A stretch of 38,982 nucleotides of DNA from an uncultured Pseudomonadales bacterium (lineage in GTDB: Bacteria; Pseudomonadota; Gammaproteobacteria; Pseudomonadales; Azotimanducaceae), in assembly GCA_964571945.1 (NCBI GenBank), contig CAZNFE010000001.1, forward strand, positions 1-38,982. The letters are read 5' to 3'. The notes beneath the pieces were generated by a model, which did not search any database, was not told the origin of the DNA, and saw nothing but the letters and a program-made list of their open reading frames with translations. The position numbers and the translations under genes are program-made. Shown piece by piece: positions 6,211-14,121 of the stretch (its first letter is position 1; every line of letters starts with the position of its first letter).

Positions 6211-7245
6211 CTACCAGGATTCAGGCTCGAGGTCAAGCTCCTGGCCCCACTTTTTCGCCGGAACCAGGAACCTTCTTGAGCCCTTGCGGTGTTCGCTGTG
6301 CTTCCTCATCAGGTCGGCAAACTCAGGATGGTCACAGTAGCTCTCCGCAATGGACTTCCAGTCAACCTTCTTGCCGTCCGCGGCCTTCTTCCACGTGACC
6401 CTGAATTGCTTGCCCTTGATGCCCTCATGCTCGCCGATGCACTCTTTGAGCTTCTGGGCCTCTTTATCGTATTCGCGCTTCGCCCGCTCTGCGGCAAACC
6501 ACTTCTCCCGCAGGCTTGCCAGCAGGTAGTTCTCACGGTCGCCGGCCGCCAGCATCCCAAGCTTCGGTTCAATCAGTGACATATCAGGATCAGGCAGCGA
6601 ATCACCACATACGTATGTCTGCCAGAACTCACGCTCGGCATCGACCATCGTATCGATGAAGTCATCGTCCCGCTTGATGTGATAGACCCGAATGTCCATC
6701 TGGGCCATTACCTTGCGGATGAAGTCCTTTCGGACCCGCTGCTCCACCATGGCCACCAGACACTCAAAGACAATCTCATCCGCAATCAGCACGATGACAT
6801 CACACCAGTCCCGCTCAGTCACGAACATCTGGTGCTGCACCTGGATGTAGTAGTGGTCGGGGATCTCCTCAGTCTCCTCAGGACCCCATTCATGCGCCGC
6901 CCACTTGTTTGTAGTTTTGACCTCCACCAGGCCCAGCCGGCCAGTGAGCCCGTCAGGCGTACATCCCATCCAGGGCTCGGTCTTGCTCACCACGAACTTG
7001 CTTTTCCGCACCCGGTTGCCCGTAATCTTCCGGTACACGTTCAGGATCGACGCCTCCAGCAGCGTGCCCCTGGCTGTGAACTTCGAGCCGTTGTCCTGGT
7101 CTGGCAATTGCCCTTTCTTGTCCAGCGCCAGATCCAACCGCGTCCTCCATGGGCTCAGCCCAAGCGCAATAGGAGCGTCACTCGCGCCCATGTAACGCTT
7201 CCGCCGTTTCAGCCAATCTTCCCGCTCTACCTGCTCCGCACTCAT
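6211..7245 (-). CDS. YqaJ-type viral recombinase exonuclease (PD-(D/E)xK)
   Basis: RYMGASDAPIALGLSPWRT is the typical YqaJ N-terminal motif. TPDGL ... VEVKT is the nuclease core. AAGGAG lies 6 nt before ATG 7245. Confidence 0.85.
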   Translation of the reverse strand: MSAEQVEREDWLKRRKRYMGASDAPIALGLSPWRTRLDLALDKKGQLPDQDNGSKFTARGTLLEASILNVYRKITGNRVRKSKFVVSKTEPWMGCTPDGLTGRLGLVEVKTTNKWAAHEWGPEETEEIPDHYYIQVQHQMFVTERDWCDVIVLIADEIVFECLVAMVEQRVRKDFIRKVMAQMDIRVYHIKRDDDFIDTMVDAEREFWQTYVCGDSLPDPDMSLIEPKLGMLAAGDRENYLLASLREKWFAAERAKREYDKEAQKLKECIGEHEGIKGKQFRVTWKKAADGKKVDWKSIAESYCDHPEFADLMRKHSEHRKGSRRFLVPAKKWGQELDLEPESW

Positions 7246-7256
7246 TCCAATCTCCT

Positions 7257-7436
7257 TTATCCCTTCCAGCGCATGTATTTCGCAATCAGCCGCCGCAGCA
7301 ATCCCATGCGGCTTATCCCAAGTTTCTTGGCCCGCGCATCCAGTTGCCTCAGCTCCTTCTTTGTGAGGTACGCATAGGCCCGCTCGTCCTTTCGCTCGTC
7401 ATCAGGCAATCGAGGTCTTCCTACTCCAGCCATCAT
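7257..7436 (-). CDS. small ribbon-helix-helix DNA-binding protein (59 aa, below the ORF-track cutoff); paralog of 541..771
   Basis: My own translation: MMAGVGRPRLPDDERKDERAYAYLTKKELRQLDARAKKLGISRMGLLRRLIAKYMRWKG, ending at TAA 7259-7257. AAAGGAG lies just upstream. It is the first gene after the consensus promoter at 7464-7491. Confidence 0.6.
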   Translation of the reverse strand: MMAGVGRPRLPDDERKDERAYAYLTKKELRQLDARAKKLGISRMGLLRRLIAKYMRWKG

Positions 7437-7463
7437 TGCTCCTTTCTCTATAGTGCCTCATAT

Positions 7464-7491
7464 ATTATATACCGGGTTTATTGTGTGTCAA
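7464..7491 (-). promoter_or_regulatory. consensus sigma70 promoter (TTGACA-16-TATAAT)
   Basis: Minus strand reads TTGACA (7491-7486), a 16-nt spacer, then TATAAT (7469-7464), followed by RBS AAAGGAG and ATG 7436. It shares a 17-nt identical core AATAAACCCGGTATATA (7466-7482) with the promoter at 10901-10929. It overlaps the last codons of the HNH gene. Confidence 0.65.
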
Positions 7492-8062
7492 GAGGTTGTT
7501 GGATAATCAACCTACGCTGTCCAGTCCTGTCCAGCTTCTCCTTCCTGCGGCGCTCCGCGGCACGGGCCGCAACCTGAGCAGTGTCCAGCTTGTGGCACCG
7601 TATGCAAAGTGTCCGCAGGTTCTCGAGCTCATTGCCGCCGCCCTCGCTTACCGGGATGATGTGGTCTGCATCCCATATGTCACCGCGCCTGATGCACCAT
7701 TGGCGCTCCAGGCTTCTCTTGACATTGATCCACTCATAGATATTGTGCTCATTGGCCCATCGCCAAAGCGTATGGGTGGCGATGCGGTGCACCTCGCGCT
7801 TCTTTTCAGTGTCGAGCCCGCAGGCTGCGCATATTCCCTTGTCGCGCTCAAACACCTTAAAGCGGATATAACCCCAGTCAGTCAGGAGGCTGAAGCGATC
7901 CACGCATTCCTGACTGCACCAAGTTCGCCGGCCACGCCCAACCGGGCGGTCACAAAAGCAGCAGATTGGTTCACCATTGGACGTCACCCTGCCATAGATC
8001 CTCGTGATCTTCTGGCCCGTCCTGGGTGCGCGCGTCACAATCCTGCGTATCTTCTCGGTCAT
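7478..8062 (-). CDS. HNH endonuclease with N-terminal Cys-rich (zinc-ribbon-like) region
   Basis: CCFCDRP..WCSQEC lies at the N-terminus. ERDKGICAACG ... WDADHIIPVSEGGGNELENLRTLCIRCHK is a canonical HNH core. ATGA overlap with the upstream gene. Confidence 0.85.
   Translation of the reverse strand: MTEKIRRIVTRAPRTGQKITRIYGRVTSNGEPICCFCDRPVGRGRRTWCSQECVDRFSLLTDWGYIRFKVFERDKGICAACGLDTEKKREVHRIATHTLWRWANEHNIYEWINVKRSLERQWCIRRGDIWDADHIIPVSEGGGNELENLRTLCIRCHKLDTAQVAARAAERRRKEKLDRTGQRRLIIQQPLDTQ
7517..7534 (-). repeat. two exact 8-bp direct repeats (minus strand CTGGACAG) with 10-bp period, 25 nt upstream of the -35 at 7491
   Basis: Plus strand has ctgtccag at 7517-7524 and 7527-7534. It lies inside the 3' end of the HNH ORF. 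Position and periodicity match the repeat pair at 847-865 upstream of the paralogous RHH gene. Confidence 0.4.
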
Positions 8063-8289
8063 GTATCAGTCCTTCGGTCAATGACTTCTTCCAGCATAGC
8101 CGCATCAAACTCGCAGAACCGCCATGCGGCCTTGCGGAATATCTCGTCACCATGAATAGATGCCACCGCGTCATACACACCTGGTATCGCCAACAGGTCG
8201 CGCCCTGTCATGTCCTCGACTATCTCGCAGGCGCACTCCATCAGCAGTTCCCTGATTTGCCCGTCATATTGAGGTCCGTCATGTGGCAT
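8059..8289 (-). CDS. hypothetical protein (76 aa)
   Basis: ATG start. Tightly coupled to its neighbours, with an 11-nt overlap upstream and an ATGA overlap downstream. No recognisable motif. Confidence 0.5.
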   Translation of the reverse strand: MPHDGPQYDGQIRELLMECACEIVEDMTGRDLLAIPGVYDAVASIHGDEIFRKAAWRFCEFDAAMLEEVIDRRTDT

Positions 8290-8623
8290 ATGTCATCCTT
8301 TCAAGTTCATCGCGAGCTTCTTCCACTGTGCTCCCAAAGCCGGCAGGTGACTCTTGCAGGTTGATGAAATCAGGCATGACAGCACAGTATTGATCGCCGT
8401 CCATAAAAACCCGGCTTTTCGGGCCGCCGTGGTCCGGACAGGCCAGGGCAGGCACATAGCCATCAAAGCGAGTATTCGATCTGCGTCCGATAATCGCTTC
8501 TGGTCTCCCGTATGCTGGTTCGTTACAGAACCCATCAGGCATTCCCATGCACCACATAGGCACAGAACACTTGCCTATACCATCGACGTCCAGTTCCATG
8601 TGTTGCTTTCCGCAGCGTGCCAT
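8279..8623 (-). CDS. hypothetical Cys-rich protein (114 aa)
   Basis: Track start 8659 overlaps the ATPase gene. ATG 8623 lies 1 nt after the ATPase stop, behind GAAGGGAAGG. MARCGKQHMELDVDGIGKCSVPMWCMGMPDGFCNEP...ACPDHGG has multiple Cys/His. Family not recognised. Confidence 0.5.
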   Translation of the reverse strand: MARCGKQHMELDVDGIGKCSVPMWCMGMPDGFCNEPAYGRPEAIIGRRSNTRFDGYVPALACPDHGGPKSRVFMDGDQYCAVMPDFINLQESPAGFGSTVEEARDELERMTYAT

Positions 8624-8624
8624 C

Positions 8625-9938
8625 TTATACCTTCCCTTCCAATACCTGGCCATCTTCAATAATGACGCTCACCTCATCACCATCTGACACACGCTCTATC
8701 CACACCTGAGCCCCGGCCTCTTCGGACATATCCGAAATCATCTTCAGGTTGTCCTCATCCAGCAGGCTTCCGTCACGAATCAGCATCACCTTGAGCTTCG
8801 GGTTCAGTGAGATCCCCATGGCCAGGCTCACCCGCATCTGCTCAGCTGAGCTGCATTGGCTGAACGGCACGTCATTGTAGGTCACGCCATGCTCATTGAA
8901 TGACAGCCCCTCTACCGGGAACTTGGCGCTGGCCAGCAGCTCCTGCTTCTGCTTGTCGATCTTCTCCATGTCGCCCGTGAGAGTGTCCGCCTTCTTCTGC
9001 AGGCCTGCATGCTTATCGACCAGCTCATTCCGGCGCTGCTGCTGGGCCGCCCGCTCATTGGTGACCTCGGCCAGCTGGATCTGCTCGCGGATCTCCTGTG
9101 TGTCCTTGCTCTCCGTGGAGGCCGCTTGCTTGCGCATCTCATTCTCTTTCGATATGTGTTCTTCGGCGGCCTTCTCACGATCCTTGACAAACTCCCACTT
9201 CACATCGATGTCTTTCTTGAGCTGTTCGATATGCGCTTCGATTCCCTTGATTTCCTCCAGTGTTCGCTCATGATCTGTGATTGCCTGACCGGCCAGTTCT
9301 GCCTCACGGTCTGCATCCTGGAGCTTGTCATCCAGCTCGTCATTGAACGCTTGGCGCTTCTCCAGCTCGGCAAGCAAGTCAGTCACCGATACCGCCTTGA
9401 CATCGTCCTCCGGTATGGCGTCAATCTGCGCAGCCATGTCCTTCACCTGCCGGTTGACCACAGTGCGCTCGTCATACCGCTCCCCGTAGTCAATATCCAG
9501 CTGTGTCGTATCGACCCCAACCAGCTCACGTAGCGTTCTGGCCTGCTGCCGCTGCCCCTCCTTGCTGTTGCCCATGCGGGCGAACTCCAGGGGGTCGAAG
9601 CTCAGCGGTCCCACCAGGTCGTCCAGAATCGCCTGAGGGGACTTCAGCGTCCCGCATTCCTTTTTCTCGACGTTGATGTAGGAACCCTTCTTGGTGAACC
9701 GCCGCGTCACCACAAGCTCCTCAGTCTCCAGCACGATGCGCGCCTTGTCCTGCCCCTTGCGGATAGGCTCCTCTGCATTCGGCTTGCCCCCAAGCGCATA
9801 CTCGATGGAGTCCAGCAGGCTCGACTTCCCCTGAGCGTTCTTGCCGCCCACAATCACCACAGGCTTCCCGTCCGGGGAGATGCTCACGGCCTGCAACCTC
9901 TTCACGTTTTCCGCTTCCAGCTTCACAATCGTTGACAT
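8625..9938 (-). CDS. SMC/Rad50/RecF-like ABC-type ATPase with coiled-coil insertion
   Basis: Walker A is GGKNAQGKSS. A long heptad-rich middle follows (about residues 130-330). The C-terminus has the signature-like SSAEQMRVSLAMG and Walker B KVMLIRDGSLLD. Track start is TTG 9944. ATG 9938 follows GGAGGA. Confidence 0.75.
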   Translation of the reverse strand: MSTIVKLEAENVKRLQAVSISPDGKPVVIVGGKNAQGKSSLLDSIEYALGGKPNAEEPIRKGQDKARIVLETEELVVTRRFTKKGSYINVEKKECGTLKSPQAILDDLVGPLSFDPLEFARMGNSKEGQRQQARTLRELVGVDTTQLDIDYGERYDERTVVNRQVKDMAAQIDAIPEDDVKAVSVTDLLAELEKRQAFNDELDDKLQDADREAELAGQAITDHERTLEEIKGIEAHIEQLKKDIDVKWEFVKDREKAAEEHISKENEMRKQAASTESKDTQEIREQIQLAEVTNERAAQQQRRNELVDKHAGLQKKADTLTGDMEKIDKQKQELLASAKFPVEGLSFNEHGVTYNDVPFSQCSSAEQMRVSLAMGISLNPKLKVMLIRDGSLLDEDNLKMISDMSEEAGAQVWIERVSDGDEVSVIIEDGQVLEGKV

Positions 9939-9953
9939 ATCCAATCCTCCACG

Positions 9954-10031
9954 CTATTGAGCCATCACGGCCTGGACCACAGTGGCCAGTACCGCAACCG
10001 CTACGAACATCCAAAACATCCACATTCTCAT
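9954..10031 (-). CDS. possible 25-aa hydrophobic micro-protein
   Basis: My translation is MRMWMFWMFVAVAVLATVVQAVMAQ, then TAG. It fills the gap between two genes, and GAGGAAG lies about 10 nt upstream. It is too short to be confident. Confidence 0.25.
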   Translation of the reverse strand: MRMWMFWMFVAVAVLATVVQAVMAQ

Positions 10032-10064
10032 GGTTTTTCTTCTTCCTCATCACTGTAGAACACC

Positions 10065-10415
10065 CTATCGGTAAAGTCGTGTTGCGCCACAAAACTGTTC
10101 ATCATCTGGCCTGCATACCTCCAGCGTACCGAGGCAACAGCTCAGATCGTTATCGGCGTCAGTGACGATTCCCCAAAATTCCTCAGAGAATGGCCGCGGA
10201 GCAATGTTGCAATTATGCGTCATGCTCCAGTTTGCCGCGAATGATGTTGCCAGACGCGCCGCGATAGCGTGGCACGATACGTTGCGAGACTCCTCAACAT
10301 ATGCGTCTCGCGCTGTTCGCGACGAAAAAACCCTGACAATGGTATCGTTCGAAAATCCGTGGCTTGACTCATTGCCGTGGGCCGACTCCGCTGCAAAATA
10401 ACGTTTCTTTCCCAT
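10065..10415 (-). CDS. hypothetical protein (116 aa)
   Basis: ATG 10415 follows GAGGAGGAGTGAG. The track start 10460 lies further upstream. No recognisable motif. Confidence 0.55.
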   Translation of the reverse strand: MGKKRYFAAESAHGNESSHGFSNDTIVRVFSSRTARDAYVEESRNVSCHAIAARLATSFAANWSMTHNCNIAPRPFSEEFWGIVTDADNDLSCCLGTLEVCRPDDEQFCGATRLYR

Positions 10416-10510
10416 CTCACTCCTCCTCAAATATCTAATCCACCAGTTGGCTTGCCTCATCAGTGCGGCGGGAGCAACCCAACCGCAGACCGCCAGCAGG
10501 CGGTTTCGGC

Positions 10511-10858
10511 CTATTCAACCGTGCTGAGTAGTTCCTGCGTCTCGAAGTGTGCGGAAATGTCAATTACTGCAAACAGGTCAGTCAACTGTGCAGCAAGTGC
10601 TGTTGCAGTCATGTGTGATGTGGCATAGCCATAATACAGCCCGAACTCACGCGCACTATTAGGCGAGTGTTGCTCGCCAATCTGGATGTATGTGATGATA
10701 GCATCGGCAATGGCCTGGCGGCAAGCTTTGCAGAGTGCCCCGTTCTGTGCATGGGCAAACTGCAGGTCAAGCAGCTTCTTATATTCATCCATGAGTCCAA
10801 TGTGGTGGTCTGCCATGGCATGGTATTTCTGTGCGTTCGTGTCTGCGCTCGTCCACAT
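10511..10858 (-). CDS. hypothetical helical protein (115 aa), first gene after a consensus promoter
   Basis: ATG 10858 follows AAAGGAGAAAAAC. The track start 10894 would fall at the predicted transcription start itself. Confidence 0.55.
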   Translation of the reverse strand: MWTSADTNAQKYHAMADHHIGLMDEYKKLLDLQFAHAQNGALCKACRQAIADAIITYIQIGEQHSPNSAREFGLYYGYATSHMTATALAAQLTDLFAVIDISAHFETQELLSTVE

Positions 10859-10900
10859 GTTTTTCTCCTTTGCAAAAGTGGCTGTATTGTTCATACCCTA

Positions 10901-10929
10901 AATATATACCGGGTTTATTTAATTGTCAA
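10901..10929 (-). promoter_or_regulatory. consensus-like sigma70 promoter (TTGACA-17-TATATT) with A/T-rich upstream region
   Basis: Minus strand reads TTGACA (10929-10924), a 17-nt spacer, then TATATT (10906-10901). It shares the 17-nt core AATAAACCCGGTATATA (10903-10919) with 7466-7482. AATTTTTCAATAAAATA lies upstream of the -35 and looks UP-element-like. Confidence 0.65.
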
Positions 10930-10975
10930 GGCTTTTTCTGGTGTATTTTATTGAAAAATTAAGCTTCGCGTATAA

Positions 10976-11000
10976 GGCTACCAGAGTCCGTCTGGTGGCC
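10976..11000 (-). terminator. hairpin at the end of the late operon (terminator or operator; weak)
   Basis: Plus strand reads ggctaccaga-gtccg-tctggtggcc, a 10-bp stem. On the minus-strand RNA it has one C/A mismatch and no clean U tract, and is followed by an A/T-rich stretch. It lies between the late-operon stop (11039) and the promoter at 10929. Confidence 0.3.
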
Positions 11001-11038
11001 GTTTGTGGTAGGTGTGGCTTTGCTGCCCGGAAAGTTTC

Positions 11039-11752
11039 TTACGGTTTCTCGACAAGGAGGTAGATGATCTGCTCGTTCTCCACCACCCGCCGCACATGGG
11101 TTCCAATGACAGTCAGGCCAGCTGCCGTTACGGCATTGACCAGGCAGTCAGGGGTGAAATAGTGGAGGTGGTCTGCGTTCCCGAGGTCCTCGTCATCCGG
11201 AATCACTATGTATAGATGGCCGCCAGGCAGCACAAGGGACGCCATCTTGGTCAGGGCCGCATATGGATCAGCCATATGCTCCAGCACATGCAACCCCATG
11301 ACTAGTTTGAACTGCAAGTCAGTGGAATAATGTTCAAATGAGCCCGTCAGGATCTGAACGCAATATGTCTGGCGCATATACTCGGCCGCCCATCTGCTGG
11401 GCTCAACGGCGAAGTAGCGCATCTTGAGCCTAAGCATCCATGGAATGAGCCTCCCGGTACCGGCCCCAACCTCGATGCAATCACCGCCCTCGGTCGGGCT
11501 CCAGCCAATCGCCATCCATGCATCGAGCGACTCCATAATATATCCAAGATTCTGCGGGATACCATTATCATCGAATATTCCAAGGCTACGATAATACTCA
11601 AGGTCGGGCTCAGGATTGGTATATTTCCTGTGGTGGCTGCATATCTGTTTCTTATGCTTCAGACCGCATTGCCCGCAGATCTCAATTTCGCAGCCACAGG
11701 GAAGTTCCTTGAATGGCACCCATTGACATGAACAAATCATCACCTCCCCCAT
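11039..11752 (-). CDS. class I SAM-dependent methyltransferase with N-terminal Cys-rich zinc-ribbon-like segment
   Basis: CIEVGAGTGRL is motif I. YFAVEPS is the acidic motif II loop. LVMGLHVLEHMADP and LVLPGGHLYI resemble Methyltransf_11/23. The N-terminus CSCQW..CGCEIEICGQCG..CSHH is Cys-rich. Start is ATG 11752 (or 11740), overlapping the upstream stop. Confidence 0.8.
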   Translation of the reverse strand: MGEVMICSCQWVPFKELPCGCEIEICGQCGLKHKKQICSHHRKYTNPEPDLEYYRSLGIFDDNGIPQNLGYIMESLDAWMAIGWSPTEGGDCIEVGAGTGRLIPWMLRLKMRYFAVEPSRWAAEYMRQTYCVQILTGSFEHYSTDLQFKLVMGLHVLEHMADPYAALTKMASLVLPGGHLYIVIPDDEDLGNADHLHYFTPDCLVNAVTAAGLTVIGTHVRRVVENEQIIYLLVEKP

Positions 11753-14121
11753 CTCACACTCTCCCCTATCGTGTGCCATTTCGTTGTTCCTATTGCGATG
11801 TTCTCCTGCCTCCTGAGTGGGTACCATTGGTCATCCTTTCTGTCTTCGTGCTCGATGTGGTAGACGAGATCAGGCAACCGCTTCACCTTCTCGCATACTA
11901 CCTTCGCTCGGTCAAACAGCTCCCCATCTTCCCGCCCATAGCCATACATCCGCTCATCGTATCCACGAAGGGCATCCCAGTCATCTCGGTGGAGCGCCAT
12001 GGTCCCGACGCTCCTGCTTGGATGCTTGCCAGGCCCCAGGCGCTCTGGGCTGCTGGTGAGCATATAGTATGGGGCTTGTCCCTGTCCACGCACTACCAGA
12101 GGCAGCTTTTTCCAGAAGCCGGCGGTCAGCAGGCAGTCAATGTCAGTCTTTACCACCACCTCGCACTTGTCCTTGATGGCCTGGCGAATCCCGATGTTGC
12201 TCATGCGGCTCGGGCTGTAGATGCTCTGCCGGCCCACCACAACCTGTTTCACCATTGGGCCAATCTCCTTGGGGATGTCGCTCACCAGATATACCGTCAC
12301 CCCATGCTGCTCGAACTGCTCCACGTTCCAGGCCATGAACTCATAGAGGCGTTTCATGGGTAGCGCCACATGCGCAACCACCAGCCCGACCGCCATGCTT
12401 TTTTGGGGCTCCGGTGGACGCTGAGGAACTTCGGAGAGCTCACCCAGCTTAGGGCTTACCCTACCCTTCCAGTTGCGCTTGTAGGCCCCATGAGGCAGGT
12501 GAATCACATCGAACTCAGGGACTGGAAGACTCTTCACCTTCTCGGCCGGCCATGTCTTCATCCCAAACACCATATCGGCATATTCTGCCGTATTGTACTT
12601 CTCGTCATACCACCGCTCCCCAAGGCGGCCGATGCTCTTCGCCGCGGGATGCCAGAGCTGGAAATACCCATAGGGGAAGTGCTCAACGTCATTCCCCAAC
12701 CTGTCCGTCTTCCGCGCCTTGGTCTTGTTCGCATGCTTCCAGTATAGGTCATGCCATGTCATGCCCGCATCAAGGCCATCAAGGAATGGCGTGAGGTTCT
12801 CTTCCAATGGTCCCCATCTCTTGGTGTAGTAGAGCGCTCCTGGATTTAGCACATAGCCATTGATGCTCTCCATGAACCCATCAGGCAGGATGATGTCGGA
12901 GTCCAGGATGAGCACCCACTGGTTCTTGGGCAGCGTCCGCAGGCCGTCATTCATGCCCTTGGCCTTGTTGAATGGGGCTCCCCCCTCATGGATCCGATCT
13001 GAGATTATCACCTTCGCGCCATGCTTGCGCGCGATTTCCTGCGTTGCCTTGTCCTTGCTGGTAGTCACGACCGTAAAGCTATCCACCTCCTTGACGTTGC
13101 GTGCCAAGGTGATATCCAGATAGTCCGAATAGTTGACGCATACCGTGATTGCATTGACCTTCTTCTTATAGATGCTGGCCTCGGTGTTGCACTGCACCCG
13201 CGTCGTATTGTCACCATCGTCCGGCAGATACCATTCATAGTTCTTGGTATTGCGCTGGTACTCACCCTCATCGTAGGAGGCAGGGTCAAATGCCTGGAAT
13301 GTTCCACGTAGAACTTTCGGGCTCCCCACCTCCTTGAGCTTCTCGAGTAGCGCTGGGCTGATAATATCCTGGCTGGAATGCGCTTGCTTGCGCGGCACCG
13401 GCAGGCAGGCAGAGCAAAGCTCGCACCACTGGAGCTGGTCACCGAAATCCTCTGGCTTGCGGCGCCACCATCCCTCAACGATTGGCCATCCCCCGGGACC
13501 ATCAAATAGCATATCAAGCGCGCCAGCGACCTCACAAAAGAAGGCACCCTTTGGTGTTATGCTGGAACTCCATAAGTTCTGTATCCAGCATTCATCTCGG
13601 TATTTCACCCATTTCTCATCAGGTATCCCAAGCTCCTTCCTGGTGATGAGAAGCGCCTGGTGGAGGCCGGTATTGGTGTGGTCATTGATGCATTGGTAGC
13701 CGAACACGTCCTGGATGAGCTCATAGTGCTGAGCATAGCGTTTCCCAAGGCTTGTCCACAGTCCACGGCGATTTGTGTCCACCCGGTTGAGATTCTTGTT
13801 GCGGTGCTGGCAGAAGTCCTTGATCGGCTCAGCCACATCCCCGCGCAGCGGAACAGCAGGGATATGCTGCTGATAGATGTTGATGAGCTGCTCGAACTTG
13901 GGATGAATTGTAGGCTCACCACCCATCACCCCCACCATGCCTTTGTACCCATTCATCGACTTCACGGCCTGCTCAAAAGCCATCTCTTCCATGAAGTATG
14001 GTTTCTTGTGGTGGCCACAGAAACGCGTGCAATTCGCGCAACTATGCTGACATGCATTGGTGATATCGATCTGGATGATCTTCTGGTTTGCAGGTGACTT
14101 CATGTCTCGCTTGGCCTCCAT
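11740..14121 (-). CDS. triple-domain enzyme: radical SAM (CX3CX2C) + GT-A glycosyltransferase + second GT-A glycosyltransferase
   Basis: Residues 17-75, IQIDITNACQHSCANCTRFC...GVMGGEPTIHP, form a radical-SAM core with C24/C28/C31, and a further WCELCSAC lies at 232-239. Residues ~322-545, AITVCVNYSDY...WVLILDSDIILP, form a GT-A fold with a DxD motif. Residues ~575-760, GLVVAHVALP...VVVKTDIDCLL...YGYGREDGEL, form a second GT-A-like domain. An alternative ATG at 14103 makes an ATGA overlap with the sulfotransferase stop. Confidence 0.8.
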   Translation of the reverse strand: MEAKRDMKSPANQKIIQIDITNACQHSCANCTRFCGHHKKPYFMEEMAFEQAVKSMNGYKGMVGVMGGEPTIHPKFEQLINIYQQHIPAVPLRGDVAEPIKDFCQHRNKNLNRVDTNRRGLWTSLGKRYAQHYELIQDVFGYQCINDHTNTGLHQALLITRKELGIPDEKWVKYRDECWIQNLWSSSITPKGAFFCEVAGALDMLFDGPGGWPIVEGWWRRKPEDFGDQLQWCELCSACLPVPRKQAHSSQDIISPALLEKLKEVGSPKVLRGTFQAFDPASYDEGEYQRNTKNYEWYLPDDGDNTTRVQCNTEASIYKKKVNAITVCVNYSDYLDITLARNVKEVDSFTVVTTSKDKATQEIARKHGAKVIISDRIHEGGAPFNKAKGMNDGLRTLPKNQWVLILDSDIILPDGFMESINGYVLNPGALYYTKRWGPLEENLTPFLDGLDAGMTWHDLYWKHANKTKARKTDRLGNDVEHFPYGYFQLWHPAAKSIGRLGERWYDEKYNTAEYADMVFGMKTWPAEKVKSLPVPEFDVIHLPHGAYKRNWKGRVSPKLGELSEVPQRPPEPQKSMAVGLVVAHVALPMKRLYEFMAWNVEQFEQHGVTVYLVSDIPKEIGPMVKQVVVGRQSIYSPSRMSNIGIRQAIKDKCEVVVKTDIDCLLTAGFWKKLPLVVRGQGQAPYYMLTSSPERLGPGKHPSRSVGTMALHRDDWDALRGYDERMYGYGREDGELFDRAKVVCEKVKRLPDLVYHIEHEDRKDDQWYPLRRQENIAIGTTKWHTIGESVRWGR

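Noticed and set aside
10489-10504. Hairpin ACCGCC-UGCU-GGCGGU downstream of the gene ending at 10511, as a terminator.
   Set aside because: The stem is short (6 bp) and no U tract follows on the minus-strand RNA. The next gene follows in the same operon with a strong RBS.
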